Assembly: GCA_965238175.1 (NCBI GenBank)
Contig: CBDEGZ010000003.1
Coordinates: 1,952,001-2,016,000 of the forward strand
Length of the DNA stretch: 64,000 nucleotides
Direction of reading: 5' to 3'
Origin: Gammaproteobacteria bacterium
GTDB taxonomy: Bacteria > Pseudomonadota > Gammaproteobacteria > CAJXQU01
Part shown: piece after piece, positions 10,779 to 20,892 of the stretch
How positions within the stretch are numbered: the first letter of the stretch is position 1
Layout: every line of letters begins with the position of its first letter
Translations under genes and position numbers: made by a program
The notes under the pieces: generated by a model
Seen by the model: the letters and a program-made list of their open reading frames with translations, nothing else
The model's database searches: none
Told to the model about the DNA's origin: nothing

Positions 10779-11795
10779 TCAGAGAATTGCCAGTTTGGAG
10801 CTGGCACCGGGTTTCTCCCAAACTAGCTTTGGAACCAGATAACCAGGTAATTGATCACGTATATTCCGCATTAATTCTATTGCATCTTCACGTTCGATAT
10901 TGAAATGAGCGGCTCCCTGAACAGGATCCAATAAATGAAGATAATAAGGCATCACATTAATTTCAAACAATTTATCACTCAAATCAACCAGTGATTTCAC
11001 CGTATCGTTTATGCCGCGTAATAAAACAGATTGGTTTAATAAGGTGACACCAGTTTGAGTCAGTTTATCCATTGCTATTTGAAGCTTATGATCAATCTCA
11101 TTGGCGTGGTTGGCATGGATCACCATGACTACTTTTTGTTTGGCAGAGTTGAGCATATCAAGGAAATGATCATCGATTCGTTCAGGTAAAACCACCGGCA
11201 TTCGTGTGTGTATGCGTAATCTTTTTACGTGTGGGATTTTATTGATCTCTGCAATCAAAACGGCCAGTTTTTTATCTGTAAGCGATAGAGGATCTCCACC
11301 ACTAAGTAACACTTCATTGATCGAACCCGTATTGGCAATATAGTCAATCGCTGCTTGCCATTGACCTGTTGAAGGATTTGACTCGCCATAGGGAAAATGT
11401 CGGCGGAAACAATATCTGCAATGAATTCCACATGCCCCGGTTGTGACTAAAAGTGCTCTTCCTTGATATTTATGTAAAACACCAGAGACCACTTCTGAAG
11501 CCAGATCACCAACAGGATCATTGATAAATCCAATCTTTTCGATATTTTCTTTTGCCAGCGGAAGCACTTGCAATAATAGCGGATCATTCGGATCACCTTT
11601 TTTCATCTTTTCAGCGAAACCAGCAGGTACGCGCAAACGAAAATCAGGTTGAATATCTAGCAGTTGGGCTAAAGGGGATTCATGTAAATCCAATTGATGA
11701 AGTAACTCTATCGGGCTGGAAATCGCGTTTGCCAGTAGTTTTTGCCATTTAGACTGAAAATCAGTGGCTGTTCGGGTTATTATAGCGTTCTTCAT
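10779..11795 (-). CDS. epmB: EF-P beta-lysylation protein (lysine 2,3-aminomutase)
   Basis: Radical SAM CGIHCRYCFRRHFPY, SGGDPL, LLNQSVLLRGIND; divergent from efp. Confidence 0.96.
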   Translation of the reverse strand: MKNAIITRTATDFQSKWQKLLANAISSPIELLHQLDLHESPLAQLLDIQPDFRLRVPAGFAEKMKKGDPNDPLLLQVLPLAKENIEKIGFINDPVGDLASEVVSGVLHKYQGRALLVTTGACGIHCRYCFRRHFPYGESNPSTGQWQAAIDYIANTGSINEVLLSGGDPLSLTDKKLAVLIAEINKIPHVKRLRIHTRMPVVLPERIDDHFLDMLNSAKQKVVMVIHANHANEIDHKLQIAMDKLTQTGVTLLNQSVLLRGINDTVKSLVDLSDKLFEINVMPYYLHLLDPVQGAAHFNIEREDAIELMRNIRDQLPGYLVPKLVWEKPGASSKLAIL

Positions 11796-11817
11796 TTGAA
11801 AGAGATTAACAAAAATA

Positions 11818-12387
11818 ATGGCTAAATACGCAACTAATCAGTTCAAATCAGGGCTAAAATTGATGATTGATGGCGATCCATACACGATTGTAGAAAATGA
11901 AATCGTAAAGCCAGGCAAAGGACAAGCATTCAATCGCATTAAGATCCGAAATCTGAAAACAGGTCGCGTTATCGAACGTACCTATAAATCAGGTGAATCA
12001 GTGGAAGGAGCGGATGTTATGGATGTTGAGCTGGAATATCTGTATTCAGATGGGGAATTCTGGCATTTTATGGATCCAAAAAGTTTCGAACAAATACAAG
12101 CCTCTGCAATGGCGATGGAAGATGCTAAGCAGTGGTTAAAAGGGCAGGAAACCTGTGAAGTAACTCTCTGGAATGGCGATCCTTTATCGGTAACAGCGCC
12201 AAACTTTGTTGAATTACAAATCACAGAAACTGATCCCGGGCTTCGAGGTGATACAGCTTCAGGAGGTAGTAAGCCAGCGACGTTGGAAACCGGTGCCATA
12301 GTTCGGGTACCTTTATTTGTAGATCAAGATGAGTTGATCAGGGTAGATACAAGAACGGGTGAATATGTTTCGCGAGTAAAAGAGTAA
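11818..12387 (+). CDS. efp: translation elongation factor P
   Basis: VKPGKGQAF loop, [28 protein letters not shown]. Confidence 0.99.
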   Translation: MAKYATNQFKSGLKLMIDGDPYTIVENEIVKPGKGQAFNRIKIRNLKTGRVIERTYKSGESVEGADVMDVELEYLYSDGEFWHFMDPKSFEQIQASAMAMEDAKQWLKGQETCEVTLWNGDPLSVTAPNFVELQITETDPGLRGDTASGGSKPATLETGAIVRVPLFVDQDELIRVDTRTGEYVSRVKE

Positions 12388-12436
12388 AAGTATTAAATTA
12401 GTATATTGTCCTTCTGTGGAGTGAAAATTTTTCAAG

Positions 12437-13330
12437 TTGACTGATGTGCTGAAGGAACGGGCAACTCTGCTCACTCAAATAAGACGTTTTTTTGAAGAAA
12501 AAGATGTCCTCGAAGTGGAGACCCCACTTTTGGGGAAAACAGGTGTTTGTGATCCGCATTTGCATAATCTGTCTACGACAATAACTGATCAGAAATATTA
12601 CTTGCAAACTTCACCAGAATTTGCGATGAAACGATTATTGGCTTCAGGTTCTGGTTCTATCTATCAGATTTGTAAGGCCTTTCGTAACGACGAACAAGGC
12701 CGCTTACATAATCCTGAATTCACTCTGCTTGAATGGTATCGGGAAGGTTTCGATTACCTTCAACTAATGGATGAGATTGAAGAGTTGATTCTGGGACTTA
12801 CAGGCTTAAAGGAAATTAAGCGAATAACTTATCGAGATGCATTTTTAAAAACGACCAAAATTGATCCATTTATAGCGACGACTAAAGAGCTGGCGAAAAT
12901 TGCTGAAAGTGTCTCCGGAAATCTGACAAGAAATGATCTCCTGGATTTGATCCTGGTAGACAAAGTTCTTCTAAAATTAGATAAAGCATTTTTCCTTTAT
13001 GACTACCCAGAGGATCAGGCCGCCATGGCAAAACTACGAGGCAATGTTTCTGAGCGATTCGAATTGATCATAAATGGTATTGAGTTGGCTAATGGCTACA
13101 CAGAGTTGATCGATTCTGTCGAACAGGAAAAACGATTCGAAAATGAAAATAAACAAAGACAGAAACAGGGAATAGAACAGATGCAAATTGATCAAAAATT
13201 ACTATCAGCGATGGCTGATGGAATACCGAACTGCGCTGGTGTTGCACTGGGTCTTGATCGATTGTTAATGATTGTTCTTGAGAAAAATGCGTTAGCAGAG
13301 GTTTTACCATTTCCAATCGAGAATACTTAA
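12437..13330 (+). CDS. epmA: EF-P lysine--(R)-beta-lysine ligase
   Basis: YLQTSPEFAMKRLLA, HNPEFTLLEWYR, ERFEL, GVALGLDRL; adjacent to efp. Confidence 0.96.
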   Translation: MTDVLKERATLLTQIRRFFEEKDVLEVETPLLGKTGVCDPHLHNLSTTITDQKYYLQTSPEFAMKRLLASGSGSIYQICKAFRNDEQGRLHNPEFTLLEWYREGFDYLQLMDEIEELILGLTGLKEIKRITYRDAFLKTTKIDPFIATTKELAKIAESVSGNLTRNDLLDLILVDKVLLKLDKAFFLYDYPEDQAAMAKLRGNVSERFELIINGIELANGYTELIDSVEQEKRFENENKQRQKQGIEQMQIDQKLLSAMADGIPNCAGVALGLDRLLMIVLEKNALAEVLPFPIENT

Positions 13331-13331
13331 G

Positions 13332-15281
13332 ATGAAAACCCCATCAGAAGTACTCAGTAAAACAGGGCCTGTCGCAAACAGTATTGAAGGCTTTTCTCCT
13401 CGGTTGCAACAACAAGAAATGGCTGATCAGATCGGTGAAGTCTTAGCACAAAATGGCATTTTGATCGGTGAAGCAGGCACGGGCACGGGTAAGACCTTCG
13501 CTTATTTGGTACCTGCTCTTATGTCCGGTAAGAAAGTCATAATTTCAACCGGAACAAAACACCTTCAAGATCAACTTTATCATCGGGATCTTCCAGTCAT
13601 CAGAGATGCGTTGAAATTACCGATCAGTATTGCATTATTAAAAGGTCGCGCTAATTATCTGTGTCTGAACCGCCTGGGAGAAGCCGGTGGTCAAGGCAAC
13701 CCAATGACTTCCAAACTTTATGTGCAACTGACGAGCATCAAGGAGTGGGCAGAAAAAACCACCGTTGGGGATGTGTCAGAATTAAGTTCTGTACCTGAAG
13801 ACTCGATGATTTGGCCGATGGTTACCTCAAACGCCGATAATTGTCTTGGCCAAGAATGTCCGCAATTTAGCGATTGTCATGTCTATAAAGCACGCAAAGA
13901 GGCTAATGATGCTGATGTTTTAGTTGTCAACCATCATCTATTCATGGCAGATATGTCGTTACGTGAAGGTGGTTTTGGTGAAGTTCTACCCGGCGCTGAA
14001 GCTGTGATTTTTGACGAAGCGCATCAGTTGCACGATATTGCCTCTCAATTTTTTGGAAGCAGTGTAACCAGCCGACAGTTATTGGATCTCTCGAGAGATG
14101 TATTTGTTGCTTATCTACGAGAAGCATCGGATATGCCAGACATTGAGGACGCAGGAAATGATCTAGAAAAACTGGCAAAAGACTTTCGTTTAGCCCTGGG
14201 ACGAGCGAAGCAAAGGGCCCCCTGGCATGAGATAAAAAACAAACCGGATGTAAAACTTGGTTTAAATGACTTGATCGAGGGTTTGCAGATCTTAAGAGAC
14301 TGCCTGAAGCCGGCGGCAGAAAGAGGGCGGGCTATCGAAAATTGCTTAATACGAACGGAATCTTTACTTGGACGATTAAGATTATTTTCTGATCAGCAGC
14401 AGGCAGAAAAGACGAGTGATACGGATCAGCCAGGTTCAGAAGATACGATCCAATGGTTCGAAACCTATCAACGTGCTTTTGTTTTAAACATTACGCCACT
14501 AGAGATCTCGAGCGTTTTTCAAGCACGTCGGCAAAGTTATCAGTGTGCCTGGGTTTTCACTTCTGCAACTTTGGCTGTGGGAGAAAATTTTAAGTATTTC
14601 ACTCACCGGCTTGGTTTGGATGATGCCGTGACCAAGCTTTGGGACAGTCCTTTTGATTATCCTAACCAGGCCCTATTGTATCTCCCTAAACTGGGTGTAG
14701 AGCCTAATCATCCATCGTATACACAAGCCGTTGTCAATTTCTCAATTCCTGTTTTACAGGCGAGTCAGGGCAGGGCATTTGTGCTTTTCACTAGCCATCG
14801 GGCATTAAAAGAAGCTGCAGAATTATTTGCCGATAAGCTCGATTTTACTTTGCTAATTCAGGGTGAAGCTCCTAAAGCGGAGTTGCTCGAACGTTTCAGG
14901 AATACGCCTTCAGCTGTGCTGTTAGGCACAAGCAGTTTTTGGGAAGGCGTTGATGTTCGTGGTGAAGCCTTATCTTGTGTGATTATCGACAAGTTACCTT
15001 TCGCTTCAATGGGTGAACCGGTAATGCAAGCACGACTGGATGCAATGCGTAAACAAGGCAAAAATCCATTTATGGAATACCAATTGCCTGAAGCGGTAAT
15101 TACGCTTAAACAAGGTGTGGGACGTTTGATCCGGGATGTGAATGATTCGGGTGTGTTGATGATTTGTGATCCACGGATAGCAACTAAATCCTATGGTAAA
15201 ACTTTCTTGTCTTCATTACCTGCGATGCGTAGGGTGAATGATCAATCAGAGGTGGATTATTTTTTTAAAAGTAATAAATGA
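13332..15281 (+). CDS. yoaA: DinG/YoaA-family ATP-dependent Fe-S DNA helicase
   Basis: EAGTGTGKT, KGRANYLC, NCLGQECP...C, DEAH, SFWEGVDV, KQGVGRLIR. Confidence 0.93.
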   Translation: MKTPSEVLSKTGPVANSIEGFSPRLQQQEMADQIGEVLAQNGILIGEAGTGTGKTFAYLVPALMSGKKVIISTGTKHLQDQLYHRDLPVIRDALKLPISIALLKGRANYLCLNRLGEAGGQGNPMTSKLYVQLTSIKEWAEKTTVGDVSELSSVPEDSMIWPMVTSNADNCLGQECPQFSDCHVYKARKEANDADVLVVNHHLFMADMSLREGGFGEVLPGAEAVIFDEAHQLHDIASQFFGSSVTSRQLLDLSRDVFVAYLREASDMPDIEDAGNDLEKLAKDFRLALGRAKQRAPWHEIKNKPDVKLGLNDLIEGLQILRDCLKPAAERGRAIENCLIRTESLLGRLRLFSDQQQAEKTSDTDQPGSEDTIQWFETYQRAFVLNITPLEISSVFQARRQSYQCAWVFTSATLAVGENFKYFTHRLGLDDAVTKLWDSPFDYPNQALLYLPKLGVEPNHPSYTQAVVNFSIPVLQASQGRAFVLFTSHRALKEAAELFADKLDFTLLIQGEAPKAELLERFRNTPSAVLLGTSSFWEGVDVRGEALSCVIIDKLPFASMGEPVMQARLDAMRKQGKNPFMEYQLPEAVITLKQGVGRLIRDVNDSGVLMICDPRIATKSYGKTFLSSLPAMRRVNDQSEVDYFFKSNK

Positions 15282-15425
15282 ATTAAGAGGATGCTTGAGC
15301 GTTATTTTGTTTACTATCAGTTGTTATTAATTTCAGGAAATAAAAGAATCGAATTTTTGATCGTAATTCTTCTTTATGAATATTACCTCAAGATTTACTC
15401 ACTTCATATTCCGAGAAATATAATA

Positions 15426-16367
15426 TTAGTGAATAAAGAATTTTGATTTTTTAAAAGAGTCTATTAAGTAAGTTCCAATAAATGCAAACAATGCCGCTAA
15501 TGCAAATAACCAGCGGATGTCTGTAGTATTCGTTTTTGGAATACTGAGAGCACTGGCTTTCATCTCATCGGATAAATCTTCTGCACTTCCAAGACGATGA
15601 TAAAGCAGGCCTGTTTTATCAGCTAACCCTTCCAGATAAGTTTCTCGTAATGAAGACAAATGCTCGGTGCCTGTGGTTATTGCATCAGCTCCAGCATTTG
15701 CTTGGGTATAAACGTCGGTATGTTGTACATCTTCTTGTTTCCAGAAGCCTTCTTCTTTACCGGTTTTCTTATTAAATTTTGGAATTGAGACGAGCTCATT
15801 TCCTCCGACGCCAACAATCAAACCATTAATGTCTCCTAGCTCACCAGTGAAACGTGGTGGAATTTCAGGGTTTATCGGCGGTGACTCATGGCCGTCGGTT
15901 ATGAATACGAGGCGAGTGGTTTGATCTAATTTTCCAAGCAACTTAATACTTTTAAATAGCCCTTTCGCAATTTCGCTACGTGCTTTCCATGTCATACGCC
16001 AATCGATGTTGTTAACCATAGCGGATAGTTCGCGATGGCTGTTACAAATTTCAATAGGGGTGATTAATAAAAATGCACGATGTCCGGTAAATAATGCCAG
16101 ACCAGCTTCGGTTCCACAGGGCATTTCCGATAGCGTCTCTAACGTCACTTTTTTTGCGTATTCCAGGCGGCTGATAGATTGATCAGTTTCTGGAACATCC
16201 ATGACATTCATGCTTTGTGATATATCAAAAACAAAAACATATCGATAGGCGGGGCGTTCTAACTCAAGGGAGGGTTTCGTGAAAGTTATAGCAAGTAGCA
16301 GTAATGCAATAAGCATTAATATTACTTGTGGTCTATGTAAAATTATAGGTAGCATATTCATAGACAA
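15426..16367 (-). CDS. mxaL: MxaL-like VWA-domain protein
   Basis: DISQSMN MIDAS motif, CGTEAGLALF, FITDGHESPP, EHLSSLRETYL; last gene of the mxaRSACKL run. Confidence 0.85.
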   Translation of the reverse strand: MSMNMLPIILHRPQVILMLIALLLLAITFTKPSLELERPAYRYVFVFDISQSMNVMDVPETDQSISRLEYAKKVTLETLSEMPCGTEAGLALFTGHRAFLLITPIEICNSHRELSAMVNNIDWRMTWKARSEIAKGLFKSIKLLGKLDQTTRLVFITDGHESPPINPEIPPRFTGELGDINGLIVGVGGNELVSIPKFNKKTGKEEGFWKQEDVQHTDVYTQANAGADAITTGTEHLSSLRETYLEGLADKTGLLYHRLGSAEDLSDEMKASALSIPKTNTTDIRWLFALAALFAFIGTYLIDSFKKSKFFIH

Positions 16368-16389
16368 TTATCGATTAATAGACTCACAC

Positions 16390-16941
16390 TCACGGTAAAT
16401 TATCCTCAGTATCCGAGGAGAGAACAGTACGTGCAGCTCTTCTTGCACCTTCAACTTTTTCGCTGACGAATTCACTGGCATCGGGGAGTATTTGTAGCGC
16501 GCGTTCGAGGTTGTATTTTGCTCCCCAATGTTGGCTATCTATCATAAGTAATTTACGGTAATTAGTTTTTGCCAGTTCAACTAAAGGCATTGCGCGATCA
16601 GCATCTTTTTTTAGATCTTCTGCTAATGCTTGTTGCAAATAAGTATTAGCCATATTAAACATGGCGTTTAAGCGTAATGTTTTGTCATTTTCAATATTTT
16701 CTAGTTTGGCGTAAGTAATGCGCGCTTCTTGATAAAAACCTTGTTGTTGTTGGCCATACGCTTTAGCAAATAATCCGTTAGAGCCTTTATAATTCTCACC
16801 AGCTTCAAGAAAATTATTTTCTTGAATTGCGCTGTTGTAGTTTTGGATTTGATTCCATTGCTCAAACTCATAGATCAATGCCGTGCCGGACAATAAGGCA
16901 ATCACAATACAAAAAATCATCAAAGGTTGTTTTAGCGCCAT
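16390..16941 (-). CDS. mxaK: MxaK-like TPR protein (likely start ATG 16941)
   Basis: FNMAN.YL, PLVELAK..YR, W.AKYNLERAL..LPD; the ATG overlaps the end of mxaC. Confidence 0.85.
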   Translation of the reverse strand: MALKQPLMIFCIVIALLSGTALIYEFEQWNQIQNYNSAIQENNFLEAGENYKGSNGLFAKAYGQQQQGFYQEARITYAKLENIENDKTLRLNAMFNMANTYLQQALAEDLKKDADRAMPLVELAKTNYRKLLMIDSQHWGAKYNLERALQILPDASEFVSEKVEGARRAARTVLSSDTEDNLP

Positions 16942-17936
16942 CGTTGGATCTCGAATAATTTTGCAGCAGTTAATAAAAATAATAATGTAAAAGCTATCCC
17001 ATAACACCAGTTTGATAGATCGCGTTTTGGAATAATATCTTGATAATGGATCGGTAAATTTTGTAGCTTACCTACTTCAATTACAGCATCATTTAATGCA
17101 TCAGGGTTTTCTACTGAATATGCCCGGTAGGGTGACTTCATGTCAGAAAAAAACTTGTGTACAACTTGTTCAGGTGTGGATTTTTCTTTATTATCTATTT
17201 CTTCAAACAGATTTGGCCCATTATAGCCTCGTAAATAAAACCAGTATAAAGTGACTCGATGCTTTTCCATTAAGTATTTTATTTTTTCCTGAGCAACCAT
17301 TGAAAGTCGGGCAGCCCCATCTGAAACTAACATCAAAATACGCGAACCTGCGAATGGTTTGTCTTCAAAAAATTCCAAGGATCGAATTAAGCCTGCGGCA
17401 AGATCTGTTGAAGCAAGTCCTTTCTCAATGCTTCCTGCCGCTATTGCTGCTTGAACGAGGTCTTGTTTTTCTGTCAATGGTAATACTGCAATTGGGTTAC
17501 CGCTAAATACAAATAAAGAAAACATGTCTTGCTGTCGTTGTGATGCATAGTCAGCGAGTATACGACGTGCAGTTTGACCCTTAGATTCATAAGTCCCAAA
17601 TTTTGCCGCACTTTCAGCTGCCGTCTTATTCTTTTTTTTATCGTAAAAGGGTTTGTCCATACTGCCACTACTATCTAACAATAAAACAGTTTGCGCACCT
17701 TGACCAATTCGTTCAATCTTTTTTTCAGATTGAAAAAAACCAGAGATCCCAAAAACAAGCGCAGCAATACAAAGTGAGGCTAGCAGGCGTAGCAAAAGAT
17801 TGGCTAGATCAGAAGTACGATCCGTTGGGAGTAATGCTAAAGATGAGTATGCAACACTTTTTTGACCGTGAAATAAAAACGGTAATAAAGCTAGCGGTAA
17901 TAACATTAAACCTAAATGATGAGCAAAACCAAACAT
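16932..17936 (-). CDS. mxaC: MxaC-like VWA-domain protein (likely start ATG 17936)
   Basis: GQGAQTVLLLDSSGSMDKPF, GSRILMLVSDGAA, LYWFYLR; TGATG overlap with the mxaA stop codon. Confidence 0.87.
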   Translation of the reverse strand: MFGFAHHLGLMLLPLALLPFLFHGQKSVAYSSLALLPTDRTSDLANLLLRLLASLCIAALVFGISGFFQSEKKIERIGQGAQTVLLLDSSGSMDKPFYDKKKNKTAAESAAKFGTYESKGQTARRILADYASQRQQDMFSLFVFSGNPIAVLPLTEKQDLVQAAIAAGSIEKGLASTDLAAGLIRSLEFFEDKPFAGSRILMLVSDGAARLSMVAQEKIKYLMEKHRVTLYWFYLRGYNGPNLFEEIDNKEKSTPEQVVHKFFSDMKSPYRAYSVENPDALNDAVIEVGKLQNLPIHYQDIIPKRDLSNWCYGIAFTLLFLLTAAKLFEIQRWR

Positions 17937-18871
17937 CAGACAATACCGCGTTCGATATCTCGACACTGCTCCATAAAGTCAATCAAATCAGATAAAGCAT
18001 ATTCAGTGTTTTCTTGATCATCTATACCTTCAAAAAAATATTTTCTTGAGTAGGTGAAATAATTTTCAATAGAAGACCTTAAGGGTATAAATTTTTTATG
18101 CTCATCAAAGAAAATATCTAGCCTTTCGATAAAGACAGTTCTCTGCGCTGTTTCATTAAAGGCTTTATGTATTTCTTCTAATGCCTGACGATGACGAACT
18201 TCATTCCACTTAATATGACGCTTATTGTTAAGTGTTTTATATGTGTTCGCAAAAGGATGTTTTTTTGATAATAACGGTAACCCCCACTTCAGATAGGCCA
18301 ATCCCAAAATACTAAGGAGAAATAATGATAAAAACACCATCATTTTGAAATTACTGAAGGGTAATAAAGAGGGAGCTTGATCCGCGTGTAAATTGTTATT
18401 TGAACGATCAGTTAGCGTTGAAATACCTATCCGTGTTGCTGGAATTAGAATATTAAACTTTTCATCACTGTCGGAATTTTTATATGCCAACAAATGTGAT
18501 GGGACAGGTATATCTTTAAGTTCAGGTTTTACATTGACGATGTGATAGATCAGTTTGATCGAGTATTGAGGAATGCCTTCTAATATTTGAAAATCAACTA
18601 TTGGGGTTTCTAACGTTAACCATTCAGATAGTCTACCTGCTGCAGGTAGTGATTTTTCGTCAAGCACAGATGGTAACTGTAATTTTAAATTGATCACACG
18701 TTCGAACTTGTCACCAATCTGATAACCAAAAGATCGAGGTTGTTGGATGTCGAGTTGTTCAATTTTGCTATTTGCATTAATAGAAAAGATCGCAAATAAA
18801 AAACCTATAAAAATTGATCGCGATAAGTTATTTACTCGAATGATAAATTGTTTTTTTCTAGCCGAAGAAAT
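17936..18871 (-). CDS. mxaA: MxaA-like protein; start uncertain (frame open to 18877, probably an ATT start)
   Basis: The frame upstream of the tracked GTG (18697) encodes a hydrophobic signal-like segment and PRSFGYQIGDKFER; C-terminal IHKAFNETA...FF...CRDIERG. Confidence 0.8.
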   Translation of the reverse strand: MSSARKKQFIIRVNNLSRSIFIGFLFAIFSINANSKIEQLDIQQPRSFGYQIGDKFERVINLKLQLPSVLDEKSLPAAGRLSEWLTLETPIVDFQILEGIPQYSIKLIYHIVNVKPELKDIPVPSHLLAYKNSDSDEKFNILIPATRIGISTLTDRSNNNLHADQAPSLLPFSNFKMMVFLSLFLLSILGLAYLKWGLPLLSKKHPFANTYKTLNNKRHIKWNEVRHRQALEEIHKAFNETAQRTVFIERLDIFFDEHKKFIPLRSSIENYFTYSRKYFFEGIDDQENTEYALSDLIDFMEQCRDIERGIV

Positions 18872-19700
18872 AATGTGTCACCTCATCTGAATTAAAACCA
18901 TTTTGTAACAATAATGGACTTCGCCCATATTCTTCAAAAAGATCAAAAAGTTTTTCGCGCCGCTCTGAAAAAGTTTGTTGAATACGTTTTTTTAAACTCG
19001 GTCGCATTAACAACATGCGGCTCTGGTTAGTTTCTGGATCCGTCACACGGGCAATACCAAAAACAGGTAAGTTTTCAAACTCATGTCGATCCCATAACAT
19101 CACAGGCACCACGTGGTGATAAGCCAGAGAAGCAAGTGTTTGTTCTAACAAGCTTTCGGGAAAGTGAAAGTCTGAAGCTAAAAATACTAATGCTCTACGA
19201 CCGCCTAATAGTTCTGCTGCGTGCGGTAATCCTCCTGAATTTTTTGCCTGTAATTTTTTTGTATACAGTTGTTGTGCTATCTCGTGTCCTGCGGCTCGAT
19301 TCAGAGTTGGTGGTGAAATCCAGGGAGCTGAATCTTTATCCGAACAGCCTACAAATCCGAATGTGTCACCCGTTCGATATGCAGAATAACTTAGACAAGA
19401 TACAAAATCCGCCAGCACATCTCGTTTCGAATTTTCACCTTGAAAATTCATGGATGCTGACAGATCTGCTATTACATAAACAGGGATCGAACTCGTCTGT
19501 TGATAGACTCTAACCCTTATCTGTTCAAAAGGATCTCTGAGACTTGCACGAATATCGAAGCGTCGTGGATCTGGCGCATCGATCAATGGCACATGATTAC
19601 GAAATTCTAAACCACCACCCTTTTGCAAACTTGCATGATGGCCAGGATAGCTACCACTCGCGCGCCATGGAACTCGATAATGTACCTCTCCGAGACTCAC
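18858..19700 (-). CDS. mxaS: MxaS-like DUF58/VWA protein
   Basis: PGHH...GGGLEFR, PDPRRFDIRASLRDPF, ADLSASM, FLASDFH. Confidence 0.88.
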   Translation of the reverse strand: MSLGEVHYRVPWRASGSYPGHHASLQKGGGLEFRNHVPLIDAPDPRRFDIRASLRDPFEQIRVRVYQQTSSIPVYVIADLSASMNFQGENSKRDVLADFVSCLSYSAYRTGDTFGFVGCSDKDSAPWISPPTLNRAAGHEIAQQLYTKKLQAKNSGGLPHAAELLGGRRALVFLASDFHFPESLLEQTLASLAYHHVVPVMLWDRHEFENLPVFGIARVTDPETNQSRMLLMRPSLKKRIQQTFSERREKLFDLFEEYGRSPLLLQNGFNSDEVTHYFFG

Positions 19701-19701
19701 G

Positions 19702-20727
19702 TTAAGGTGCTACAACTTGATTTACAATCTGCTCCATCAGAGCCGGCACTAGTTCAGACCGATGTAGTTCATAGATAGGCGTCAGGAAGACTCGATGGGC
19801 AATTGTTTCGTGTAAGATGGCATGAATATCTTCCGGCACTAAAGAATCACGTTCATGTAACCAGGCAGCCACTTTCGCTGCACGCATTAACATGCCCATT
19901 CCTCGTGGACTGACACCGGACATGACCATTTTATTCATATCTACACCGTCAAGTTTGATCCCGAATTCTGCTGGGTTGCGAGTCGCGCGACATAAATTGA
20001 GTGCGTAATTTTCAATCGTTGGCGTTGTTTGTATATGTTGTTGGATCATTGCGGAAATATCATTCAACTGATCGAAAGGTAAAATTCCAGATTTTAAACT
20101 TCCGATCAATTTATCCACGTCAAAAAAACGTGTGTCGAACATGAGTTGTCGCTGCAAATCCAGATCTGTTGGCATTGCAATATTCAATTCCATCAAGAAG
20201 CGATCGCGCGCCGCAGCCGGCAACTCAAATGTTTCTTCTTTTTCAACACGGTTACGATCCGCAAACACTTGCAGGTGAGGAAAATAATATTCGCGATTAA
20301 ACGCTGTCACACTTCGTTCGGCCATCACACGCAGTAATAGTGAATGTACTTGAGGGCGTGCGCGATTCACTTCATTGAAAAAGAAAGTGGCGAGTTTTTC
20401 TTCATATTTCAACAAGGGACCAGGATCAACGGCCGGACGACCTTCTTCATTAATATAAGTGTGGTAAACAAGATCATTAGGCATTAAATCGATAGTGCCT
20501 TCTATACGTTCATAGTCACCACCCAGCACCTGAGCCAAAGCGCGCAGTATCGTTGTTTTGCCTACGCCAACATCGCCTTCGAGTAGTACATGACCGCGGG
20601 CAAAAATAGCAATTGTCAGTAGTCTAATTGCATGATCTTGGCCAATGATGGCTTGTTTTATTTCTGTTTCTAGTTCAGAGGCACGAGCGTGCCATTCGCT
20701 AAGAGTAGAATCTGATGCTTTCGACAT
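19702..20727 (-). CDS. mxaR: MoxR-family AAA+ ATPase MxaR
   Basis: GHVLLEGDVGVGKTT, FFFNEVNRARPQVHSLLLRVMAER, ADRNRVEKEETFELP.AARDRF. Confidence 0.93.
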   Translation of the reverse strand: MSKASDSTLSEWHARASELETEIKQAIIGQDHAIRLLTIAIFARGHVLLEGDVGVGKTTILRALAQVLGGDYERIEGTIDLMPNDLVYHTYINEEGRPAVDPGPLLKYEEKLATFFFNEVNRARPQVHSLLLRVMAERSVTAFNREYYFPHLQVFADRNRVEKEETFELPAAARDRFLMELNIAMPTDLDLQRQLMFDTRFFDVDKLIGSLKSGILPFDQLNDISAMIQQHIQTTPTIENYALNLCRATRNPAEFGIKLDGVDMNKMVMSGVSPRGMGMLMRAAKVAAWLHERDSLVPEDIHAILHETIAHRVFLTPIYELHRSELVPALMEQIVNQVVAP

Positions 20728-20892
20728 TAGTTTTATATTTACCTAAATTATTTTATTGTGGTTATTCAACGGATGATCAAACTAAACGCAGAATTATAGC
20801 AGATGTTTAGATCTCAACTATACCAATGTCGAGGACCTACGAAAAAGGATGTAAGCATCTTTTTTAAGTTTTTAATCAATCATTTAATTTAT

